NCBI GenBank assembly: GCA_043817155.1
Contig: JBDRHE010000008.1
Location: 1,554-65,553 of the forward strand
Reading direction: 5' to 3'
Origin: Candidatus Omnitrophota bacterium
GTDB taxonomy: Bacteria; Omnitrophota; Gorgyraeia; JABMRN01; RBG-13-46-9
Length of the DNA: 64,000 bases
In this document: positions 28,787 through 37,500 of the stretch, piece by piece
Layout of the letters: each line of letters opens with the position of its first letter
How positions within the stretch are numbered: position 1 is the stretch's first letter
Program-made: the position numbers and the translations under genes
The notes under the pieces: model-generated
Seen by the model: only the letters and a program-made list of their open reading frames with translations
The model's database searches: none
Told to the model about the DNA's origin: nothing

Positions 28787-28845
28787 AACAAAGAAGTTTT
28801 AGGCAATGATGCCCGCGTACGATGAATACGCGGGCATCTTATTTT
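28787..28845 (+). promoter_or_regulatory. Canonical ANTAR dual-hairpin attenuator
   Basis: P1 AAC-AAAGAA-GTT, P2 GGC-AATGAT-GCC (A1/G4 hexaloops); P2 overlaps the 12-bp terminator GATGCCCGCGTA/TACGCGGGCATC-TTATTTT. Confidence 0.88.
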
Positions 28846-28933
28846 GACGTTGTTGTCCTGCCGATTAGACAATGTAGTTGTCTCCCCAAAGACGGTTTTA
28901 ATTGTTGCTTTAATCTTATAACTTGCTATAATT

Positions 28934-29089
28934 GATTACACGGATTTTTTTGCATCCAAAGGGATGCAACTTAGATTACACAGATGGCGTTTCAATCTGT
29001 GTAATCAAAATGTTATAAGCTCCACAGAATCCCTGCCTGCCCGCCAAGACTTCACATTGGCAGGCGGGCCGGCAGGCAGGTGTGTAATC
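28934..29089. repeat. GATTACAC(A/G)GAT inverted-repeat element with a nested palindromic insert
   Basis: GATTACACGGAT, GATTACACAGAT / ATCTGTGTAATC; 29028-29089 is the inverse of 16386-16447. Confidence 0.75.
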
Positions 29090-29109
29090 ATATAAAGAAA
29101 GGAAATATC

Positions 29110-30444
29110 ATGGAAAAAAATAAATTGACAAAAAAGGATATCTTAAAGATCGCAAAAGAGAAGGATATTAAATTCATAAGACTCTGGTTTGCCGATATCA
29201 CCGGTCAGATGAAGGGCTTCGCTATAACGCGCGAAGAGCTGGAGAACGCACTGGAAGATGGCATGGGTTTTGACGGCTCATCAATAAAAGGATTTGCGCG
29301 TATCGATGAATCCGATATGGTCGCCATGCCGGATACATCAACATTTATTATACTGCCATACAGGCCCAAAGAGAAGGCCGTTGCAGGGATGCTCTGTAAT
29401 GTGTTGAATCCTGACAGAACCCCGTATCAGGGAGATTCGCGCTATATACTAAAGAAGAACCTGGAGAGCGCAAAGAAGGAAGGATACACATTCAACATAG
29501 GTCCGGAACTGGAATTCTTTATATTTAAAAACGATAAGTCTACTGAGACCCTGGATGAGGGCGGGTACTTCGATATAACTACACTGGATGCTGCCAATGA
29601 AGTTAGACGCGAGATCATCCTGACTCTTGAACAGATGGGTATCCAGGTAGAGTATTCTCATCACGAGGTTGCACCCTCACAACATGAGATAGATCTCAGG
29701 TATAAGGAAGCGATGTCCATGGCCGACACAGTCATGCTCTACAGGATGGTGGTAAAAGAGATAGCTCAAAAGCACGGTTTTTACGCTACGTTTATGCCGA
29801 AGCCGATATTCGGCCAAAATGGAAGCGGCATGCATACGCACCAGTCGCTCTTTAAAGGGAGCAAGAACGTTTTCTTTAATCCTAAGGATAAGTACCACCT
29901 TTCAAAAGAAGGAAAGTCTTATATCGCGGGAATCTTGAAACACTCAAGAGAGATAACCCTGGTCTGCAACCAGTGGGTAAATTCCTACAAGAGACTGGTG
30001 CCGGGTTATGAAGCCCCTGTTTATATTTGCTGGGCAAGACGCAACAGGAGCGCGCTTGTAAGGGTCCCTATGTATCAACCCGGCAAAGAGAAGGCGACGA
30101 GAATAGAGTTTAGATCGCCGGATCCGTCCTGCAACCCGTATCTGGCATTTGCCACCATGCTTGCGGCCGGTCTTAAAGGTATGAAGGAGAATTACACTCT
30201 TGCGGAACCTATGGAGAGGGATGTATATCACTTAAGCCCGGATGATCTTAAGAAGCTAAAGGTCGGCTGCCTGCCCGGAAGCCTTATAGAAGCTATAGAG
30301 ATCGCAGAAGGTAGCTCGCTTCTAAAGGAAGCTCTGGGAGACCACATATTTAACAATCTCATCATGAGCAAGAAGATCGAGTGGGACGAATACAGGAAGA
30401 GAGTTCACGACTACGAGATCAAGACATACTTGCCAATATTATAA
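29110..30444 (+). CDS. glnA: Glutamine synthetase type I
   Basis: FDGSSI.GF..ESDM, GPELEFF, HHEVAPSQHE, ATFMPKP..NGSGMH, NRSALVR, RIEFR.PD. Confidence 0.96.
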   Translation: MEKNKLTKKDILKIAKEKDIKFIRLWFADITGQMKGFAITREELENALEDGMGFDGSSIKGFARIDESDMVAMPDTSTFIILPYRPKEKAVAGMLCNVLNPDRTPYQGDSRYILKKNLESAKKEGYTFNIGPELEFFIFKNDKSTETLDEGGYFDITTLDAANEVRREIILTLEQMGIQVEYSHHEVAPSQHEIDLRYKEAMSMADTVMLYRMVVKEIAQKHGFYATFMPKPIFGQNGSGMHTHQSLFKGSKNVFFNPKDKYHLSKEGKSYIAGILKHSREITLVCNQWVNSYKRLVPGYEAPVYICWARRNRSALVRVPMYQPGKEKATRIEFRSPDPSCNPYLAFATMLAAGLKGMKENYTLAEPMERDVYHLSPDDLKKLKVGCLPGSLIEAIEIAEGSSLLKEALGDHIFNNLIMSKKIEWDEYRKRVHDYEIKTYLPIL

Positions 30445-30445
30445 C

Positions 30446-30590
30446 AGCTTCTTAGCTTATTAGCTTTTTAGCTTCTTAGCGTTCTAGGATAACCCACAAG
30501 CCTATCCTAATAAGCTAGAACGTTAGTAAGCGAAAAAAGAATTTCCTAAAAAGGTAGTAAGCTAATTAGCCGGAACGTCAGTTAGCGAGC
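30446..30590. repeat. Hairpin built from 8-nt tandem repeats
   Basis: AGCTTCTT AGCTTATT AGCTTTTT AGCTTCTT AGCGTTCT, then complementary TAATAAGC TAGAACGT TAGTAAGC. Confidence 0.75.
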
Positions 30591-30595
30591 AATCC

Positions 30596-31300
30596 ATGGC
30601 ACCATCTTCATATAAAGCATATATCAAAACACTGAGCGAGATAAGTAGCGCGATAACGTCCGATCTCTATTTGGGGGATGTTCTCAAACTTATCGTTACA
30701 TTGACTGCAAATGTAATGAAGGCAAAGATATGCGCGCTCTGGCTGCTTGATAAGAAGAAGCGGGAGCTCAAGATACGCGCTACCCAGGCGATGAGCGAAG
30801 AGTATTTAAAGGAGAGAAGTATTAAGGTGGGGGAAGGGATAGTCGGCCTGGTTGCGGAAGAGAAGAAGCCTCTAATGATAAATAATGTACTGGACGATCC
30901 CAGATACAAGGAGAAGAGATTGGCAAGAAAAGAGGGTCTTGTCTCCATGCTCAGCGTTCCCATGATGGTTAAAAAAGAGGTTATAGGTGTAATAAATTGT
31001 TACACGACCACTCCATACAAATTTACGAAGAGCGATATAGATCTTCTGAGCGCGGTAGCAAATCAGGCCGCGGTCGCGATTGAAAATACCGAGCTTATGG
31101 TTAGAACTAAGGTTATCCAGGAAGAGCTGGATGCCAGAAAGAAGGTGGAGAAGGCCAAGGGGATACTAATGAAGGAACAGGGGCTTACCGAGGAAGAGGC
31201 GTATAACCTTATACGAACATCGAGCATGGATAGGCGCGTTCACATGAAGGACATAGCGGAAGCCATCATCCTCTCCCACGACGTGAAAAAAAATATATAA
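30596..31300 (+). CDS. GAF-ANTAR RNA-binding antiterminator
   Basis: GAF (GEGIVG.VA, SMLSVP, IGVIN, ANQAAVAIEN) plus ANTAR (RKKVEKAKGILM..GLTEEEAY..IR..SMD....KDIAEAII). Confidence 0.93.
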   Translation: MAPSSYKAYIKTLSEISSAITSDLYLGDVLKLIVTLTANVMKAKICALWLLDKKKRELKIRATQAMSEEYLKERSIKVGEGIVGLVAEEKKPLMINNVLDDPRYKEKRLARKEGLVSMLSVPMMVKKEVIGVINCYTTTPYKFTKSDIDLLSAVANQAAVAIENTELMVRTKVIQEELDARKKVEKAKGILMKEQGLTEEEAYNLIRTSSMDRRVHMKDIAEAIILSHDVKKNI

Positions 31301-31466
31301 TGGGTGAGTGAATAGGGATTCGTCCAAGTTGTCATCCCCGCGGAAGCGGGGATCCAGAGCGGACTCGCCAAGAGTGTATCTATGGATTCCCGCCTGCCTG
31401 CTTGCCGCAGGCGGGCAGGCTTGCGCGGGAATGACAAACAAAAAACCTATAAAGACTCACCTAGCA
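31298..31466 (+). mobile_element. MITE-like element carrying a family A REP doublet
   Basis: TAATGGGTGAGT (overlaps the TAA stop) ... AAAGACTCACC. Confidence 0.7.
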
Positions 31467-31486
31467 TAAGAATTTATAAAAAGATC

Positions 31487-31515
31487 TTGACAAAAACAGA
31501 GTTGCATGTTAAGAT
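31487..31515 (+). promoter_or_regulatory. Sigma70-type promoter of the porin-amtB-glnK operon
   Basis: TTGACA-17 bp-TAAGAT with TGn extension. Confidence 0.75.
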
Positions 31516-31525
31516 CGTTGCGTTA

Positions 31526-31634
31526 GACAAAGAAGTTAATAAGGCATAGAAGCTCGGGTATAGATCCCGGGTTATTTTTTTGGCGAAGACGCCCTTTTTT
31601 AGGCAAAGATAGGCCTGGAAAAGGGCTTTTTTTT
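31526..31634 (+). promoter_or_regulatory. Tandem ANTAR-type attenuator with two terminators
   Basis: GAC-AAAGAA-GTT and GGC-ATAGAA-GCT overlap terminator 31551-31581; GGC-GAAGAC-GCC overlaps the 14-bp terminator 31591-31626 plus T8. Confidence 0.8.
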
Positions 31635-31754
31635 CAATGAGCGCATAATTTATGGAATGAAATGAACATAAATTAGAGCGCGAATTGAATCCGCCGAAGC
31701 TAAACACATATGTATTTAGCGAAGGCGGATCTAATTGAATAAGGGAGAATAACA

Positions 31755-32528
31755 ATGAGACTTACAAAGGACATAAATATAATTTTCTTATTAACATTTT
31801 TGGCTTTCACTTGCGTGTTTGCACAATATGGATTTTCAGCTGAGGAGGGGAAACCGGAATGGGCACCCGACATATCGGGCGCCATTACATTTGAGACTAA
31901 GTATGTATGGAGGGGGCAGACTCTGCTTGATGACTACGTTATGCAGCCGGAAGCCTCGATAGGAAAATACGGGTTCACATTCTCAGTGTGGGGAAATTAC
32001 GATACGGGGGTCGCTGATAAGCTTACGGAGTGGGATTATACATTTGACTATACCTTTAATATAGGGGATGCCAGGGAGGCGCTCAATATGGGTGATGATC
32101 TCCTTCATTTCGTGGACCCGTTAAGTGTATCTTCAGGGTATATCCTGTATACGTTCCCCCATCTTAGCGGTGAGGCATTCGAGTCCCATGAATTCTATTG
32201 GGGGCTTGCTTATGATATATTGTTACAGCCCTTCATAACAGTCTATTATGATTTCGATGACGGCAGAGGCGCCTATTTAGAATTCGGAGGAAGTCATACT
32301 TTCGAATTCCAGGATGGCATAACTGCGGATGTCGGAATAACTACGGGGTATAACGCAGGGCAATGGAGATACGACAAGAGCTTCAGCAATCTACTATTTT
32401 CAGGTGAGGTAAGCATTCCGTTCTTGAAGTATTTTAGCGTTTCACCAAATGTAAACTATTCACTTGCGCTTGATGATCAATATCATTCTGAGTTCTATGG
32501 CGGAGTGAAAGTGAGCGTCGAGTATTAA
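31755..32528 (+). CDS. Outer-membrane beta-barrel protein (TorF/TIGR02001-like)
   Basis: Signal peptide, KYVWRG..VMQP, WGN, E.DY, aromatic C-terminus; directly upstream of amtB. Confidence 0.7.
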   Translation: MRLTKDINIIFLLTFLAFTCVFAQYGFSAEEGKPEWAPDISGAITFETKYVWRGQTLLDDYVMQPEASIGKYGFTFSVWGNYDTGVADKLTEWDYTFDYTFNIGDAREALNMGDDLLHFVDPLSVSSGYILYTFPHLSGEAFESHEFYWGLAYDILLQPFITVYYDFDDGRGAYLEFGGSHTFEFQDGITADVGITTGYNAGQWRYDKSFSNLLFSGEVSIPFLKYFSVSPNVNYSLALDDQYHSEFYGGVKVSVEY

Positions 32529-32545
32529 GAAGAAAGGAGCAAATC

Positions 32546-33808
32546 ATGTCAGAGAATACAATTTATGCATCATTAGCCGGAGTCGACACGTTGTGGGTTC
32601 TCATAGCCGCATTCCTTGTCTTCTTTATGCAGGCGGGATTCGGCATGGTTGAAGCCGGTTTCATAAGAGCCAAAAACACGTGCAACATATTAACCAAAAA
32701 CTTCCTGGACTTCTGTATGGCAACACTCGGTTTCTTCATATTTGGCTATGCCATAATGTTTGGATCAGGGAATGGTTTTATGGGATTTAAGGGATGGTTT
32801 CTGACCGGAGCCGAATCCGGGGCGGATATACCCCTCTTTGCTTTCTGGTTATTCCAGGCAGCCTTTTGTGGCGCAGCTGCGACCATTGTAGCCGGGGGTA
32901 TGGCTGAAAGGATGAAGTTCTCAGCTTACCTTATATACTCATTCATAATATCCGCTTTTATCTATCCTATAGTAGGTCACTGGATATGGGGCGGGGGTTG
33001 GCTTGCAAACCTTAATTTTGCGGATTTTGCAGGGTCGACTGTTGTTCATATGGTAGGCGGATTTGCCGCTTTGATAGGAACCATTGTCCTGAAACCGAGG
33101 ATCGGAAAATACAATATAGATGGGTCGGCCAATGCCATAGCCGGGCACTCTATACCGCTTGCGTCCCTAGGCGTATTTATATTATGGTTTGGTTGGTTTG
33201 GGTTCAATCCGGGATCAACGCTCAGTGTCGGGAATGGGAGCTTGATAGCAAGGGTCGCGATCAATACCAATCTGGCTGCAGCAGCCGGAGGAATATTGGC
33301 AATGATCACTGTGTGGCGGATGTTTGGTAAACCTGATCTATCGATGGCAATGAATGGCGCTTTAGCCGGGCTTGTAGCTGTTACTGCACCATGTGCGTAT
33401 ATTGAGCCATGGGCAGCTATAATTATTGGCGCCATTGGTGGCGTAATAGTTGTGCTGGGCGTGGTCTTACTTGATAAGTTGAAGATAGATGATCCTGTTG
33501 GAGCAGTCCCTGTCCATGGATTAAACGGTATATGGGGAACGCTCTCCATTGGACTATTCGGCCAGAAAGCATTAGGAGTAGCGACTGATGGATTATTTTA
33601 TGGAGGGGGTCTAAAACAACTGGGAATTCAGGCATTAGGAGTGAGTGCGGTTGTTGTATTCATTCTACTTGCTATGGGCATTGTCTTTGTTGCGATAGAC
33701 AAGATTATAGGTCTTAGAGTAACAAGGGACGAAGAGCTTAAAGGTCTGGACATAGGCGAGCACGGTATGGAATCTTATTCGGGATTCCAGATTTTTACTA
33801 CGGAATAG
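32546..33808 (+). CDS. amtB: Ammonium transporter
   Basis: FMQAGF..E, AERMKF, HWIWGGGW, DFAGSTVVH, LWFGWFGFN, DDPVGAVPVH, E..GLD..EHG. Confidence 0.97.
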   Translation: MSENTIYASLAGVDTLWVLIAAFLVFFMQAGFGMVEAGFIRAKNTCNILTKNFLDFCMATLGFFIFGYAIMFGSGNGFMGFKGWFLTGAESGADIPLFAFWLFQAAFCGAAATIVAGGMAERMKFSAYLIYSFIISAFIYPIVGHWIWGGGWLANLNFADFAGSTVVHMVGGFAALIGTIVLKPRIGKYNIDGSANAIAGHSIPLASLGVFILWFGWFGFNPGSTLSVGNGSLIARVAINTNLAAAAGGILAMITVWRMFGKPDLSMAMNGALAGLVAVTAPCAYIEPWAAIIIGAIGGVIVVLGVVLLDKLKIDDPVGAVPVHGLNGIWGTLSIGLFGQKALGVATDGLFYGGGLKQLGIQALGVSAVVVFILLAMGIVFVAIDKIIGLRVTRDEELKGLDIGEHGMESYSGFQIFTTE

Positions 33809-33841
33809 TTCGACAGATGGGAGAACTACTATGGTTAAGCT

Positions 33842-33877
33842 ACGAAGGACGATGGACGAAAGACGAAGGACGATTCG
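33842..33877 (+). repeat. 7-nt tandem repeat (ACGAWGG), single arm
   Basis: ACGAAGG ACGATGG ACGAAAG ACGAAGG ACGATTC; same unit at 39273-39418. Confidence 0.75.
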
Positions 33878-33968
33878 TAAAATAATGCTTGACGGATGAT
33901 AGCAAAAATAAGACAGCTTAGGTTAGTTATCTCTGATTTCTAAACTTTAAAAAGAAAGGAACTATAAA

Positions 33969-34310
33969 ATGAAACTGATAATAGCCATGATACAGCCGCA
34001 TAAGTTACCCGATGTAAAGAAAGCCCTTTATGATGCAGAAGTACACAAGATGACGGTTACCAACGCTCTAGGTTGTGGACAACAGAAAGGCTATACCGAA
34101 ACATATAGAGGCGTAATCCACGATATCAATCTGCTAAAGAAGGTAAAGCTTGAGATCGCGGTAAACGAGGATTATGTCGAACCCACTATCGACGCCATTA
34201 TAAAAGGAGCAAGAACCGGTAAAATCGGGGATGGTAAGATATTTGTGCTGGACTTACCCGAATGCATAAGAATACGAACGGGTGAAAAAGGCAACAAGGC
34301 GATAGGGTAG
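33969..34310 (+). CDS. glnK: P-II nitrogen regulatory protein
   Basis: [34 protein letters not shown]; adjacent to amtB. Confidence 0.93.
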   Translation: MKLIIAMIQPHKLPDVKKALYDAEVHKMTVTNALGCGQQKGYTETYRGVIHDINLLKKVKLEIAVNEDYVEPTIDAIIKGARTGKIGDGKIFVLDLPECIRIRTGEKGNKAIG

Positions 34311-34490
34311 TTTTTAGAAAGATTACGTCTTGTTCTCCCCGCACCTTCCCATATGTCATCTTCGCGAAAGCGGGGATCCAGAGGGGACTCGTAGAGGGTC
34401 CATCCATGGATTCCCGCCTGCCTGCTTGCCGCAGGCGGGCAGGCTTTCGCGGGAATGACAGAGAGAGAACCCATGAAGACTCGATCATTA
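34303..34490 (+). mobile_element. MITE-like element carrying a family A REP doublet
   Basis: REP doublet at 34355-34459; ends ATGAAGACTCGATCATTA. Confidence 0.65.
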
Positions 34491-34551
34491 CATAAGATTA
34501 GAAAACTTGCTATCAATGCAAAAAGGTTTAAGATATAATTAAGGCATCAAT

Positions 34552-37500
34552 ATGATACATAGTCACTTACCCAAAAAACAGGGCCTCTATGACCCGCGAT
34601 TCGAAAAGGATTCGTGTGGCGTGGGATTTGTTTGCGATATTAAAGGCATTAAAACCAATAATATCGTTAAGCAGGGTCTTAAGGTGCTCGAAAGATTGGC
34701 CCATCGGGGAGCGGTCGGAGCCGATCCGAAGACAGGTGATGGCGCCGGGATCCTTATACAGATACCGCATGAATTCTTTTCACACGCATGTAAAGAGCAG
34801 TCAATTACCCTGGGCCCTTCCGGGAGCTATGGAACCGGACTGGTCTTCTTGCCGCAAGATGAGAAGCAGCGCCAGATCTGTAAAGATGTATTCTCAAAGG
34901 TTGTAAAGGATGAAGGACAGAAGCTTCTCGGTTGGCGTACCGTGCCTGTTGATAGCTCTACCGTAGGAAAGGTGGCAAGAAACACCCAGCCTGCTATTGA
35001 ACAGATATTTATTTCTAAGAGCGATCACATAAAATCAGAACTTGATTTTGAAAGAAGACTTTATATTATCAGAAAGAGAACCGAGAATACCCTAAGAGAT
35101 GCCAAGCTAAAACAAGGATCATTCTTCTATATAACTAATATATCATGTCGTACATTTTCCTATAAAGGGCTTCTGATGCCGCATCAGCTGGGCGAATTCT
35201 TTCTCGACCTAAAGGATGAGCGCATAAAAAGCTCTTTATGCCTTGTGCATTCCCGCTACAGTACAAATACATTCCCCACATGGGATCTCTCCCAACCATT
35301 TAGATTTTTAGCTCATAACGGGGAGATAAATACGCTGCACGGTAATATTAACTGGATGCGCGCCAGGGAGGGGTTGCTAAAGAGCCGATTGTTTGGCAAA
35401 GACATAGAAAAACTGAAACCTGTAATTGTGCCAGGGGGAAGTGATTCTGCGACCATAGATAATGTATTTGAGCTTCTTGTCCTATCGGGTAGGTCGCTTG
35501 AGCACGCTATGACTATGCTTGTGCCGTCTGCATGGGGGAAATACACATTAATTGATGATAATCTCAAGTCTTTCTTCAGATATCACGCCTGTTTTATGGA
35601 GCCTTGGGACGGGCCTGCAGCCATTGCTTTTACGGATGGAACCCGCATAGGCGCTGTTCTTGACAGGAATGGCTTACGGCCGGCCCGTTATATTATAACG
35701 AAGGATGGACTTGTTGCGCTGGCTTCAGAGGTGGGGGTACTTGATATAAAGCCTGAAGATATCAGGACTTCAGGCAGGCTTGAGCCCGGGAAGATGCTCT
35801 TTATTGATACCGAGCGGGGGCGCGTCGTTGATGATAAGGAGATCAAAGAGAGTATAGCAACCCATGCCCCATATGGCAAGTGGAACAAAAAATACATGGT
35901 GGAACTCGATAAGCTATCCGCTCCGCGAATAAAAAAGAAGAAAGAGATGCTTGGTATCCTGGCGGCGCAAAAGGCATTTGGTTATACCAGAGAAGATATC
36001 AACGTTATCCTAAAGCCTATGGCGGTATCCGGTAAGGAGCCTATCGGATCTATGGGAAACGATACGCCGCTTGCAGTTCTCTCAAAGAGGCCGAACCTGC
36101 TTTATAACTATTTTAAACAGCTCTTTGCGCAGGTTACAAATCCGGCCATAGACTCTATTAGAGAAGACTTTGTGATGAGCATAAGGAGTTTTATAGGCAC
36201 GCAGCGAAATATGCTTGATGAGACCGAAGAACATTGCATTAAGCTGGATGTGAAGGAACCCGTTCTTTCTGACGACGACGTTGCCAAGATCCGCAGCTTG
36301 AAAAGAAAAGGATTCAGAGCAAAGACAATATCGATGCTCTATGATGTGTCGGGTAAGAGGGCCTTTCTAAAGGCCCTGGATAGGATATGCCGGGATGCTG
36401 AAACTGCTGTCAAGAAGGGGTTTTCATTTATTATCTTGAGCGATAAAGGTGTTAACAGAAAGCAGGCGGCGCTGCCGGCACTTCTTGCTACCGGCTGCCT
36501 GCATCATCATCTGGTGAGAATGGCCGTGCGAACTCAAGTCGGCATCATTATTGAGAGCGCAGAACCCCGTGAAGTATTTCACTTTGCGCTTCTCTTTGGC
36601 TACGGGGCCGATTGTATTAACCCGTATCTTGCGTATAGCACGCTGGGGCAGCTTATCAAAGAGAAAGATCTGAAGCTACCGCTTAAAGCAGCGGTCAAGA
36701 ATTACAGGAAGGCTGTTCGTGGCGGAATCCTGAAGATAATGTCGAAGATGGGTATATCTACGATACGAAGCTACAAAGGCGCCCAGATATTTGAAGCCCT
36801 CGGCCTTAGCGAAGAGGTAATTGAGCGTTGTTTCGCAGGGACCAATTCCCGTATAGACGGGATCGGATTTAATATTATCGCCGAAGAGACAAGCGCGCGG
36901 CACCTGGAAGCTTTTGCGGATAAAGAGGGTGGCGCGGAGTTTCTTGCCACGGGCGGGCTCTATCAGTGGAAGAGGGACGGGGAATACCACCTGTGGAATC
37001 CCGAAAGCATTGCGTGTCTCCAGGACGCGACGCGAAAGAACGATTACAACGCATACAAGAGATTTGCTAATATGATAAATGACCAATCGAGTAATCCGAC
37101 AACGCTGAGAAGCCTTCTTAGGTTTCGCAAGGCCGAACCTATAGCCATAAACGAGGTTGAATCCGTAGAATATATAGTGAAGCGCTTTGCCACCGGCGCG
37201 ATGAGTTTCGGATCGATCAGCGGATCGATGCATGAGACACTGGCAATAGCGATGAACAGATTGGGTGCGAAATCGAATACGGGAGAAGGGGGAGAAGACC
37301 CTGCAAGATTCCAGCCACTCCCAAATGGCGATTCTGCCAGAAGCGCCATAAAGCAGGTTGCTTCGGGCAGGTTCGGTGTGACTACAAACTATCTGATAAA
37401 TGCAGATGAACTTCAGATAAAGATCGCTCAAGGGGCGAAACCCGGGGAAGGCGGGCAATTGCCGGGACACAAAGTGAGCGCGATCATTGCCAAAACAAGA

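Noticed and set aside
34490-34551. ANTAR motif upstream of gltB
   Set aside because: No hexaloop/terminator overlap is visible in the short leader.
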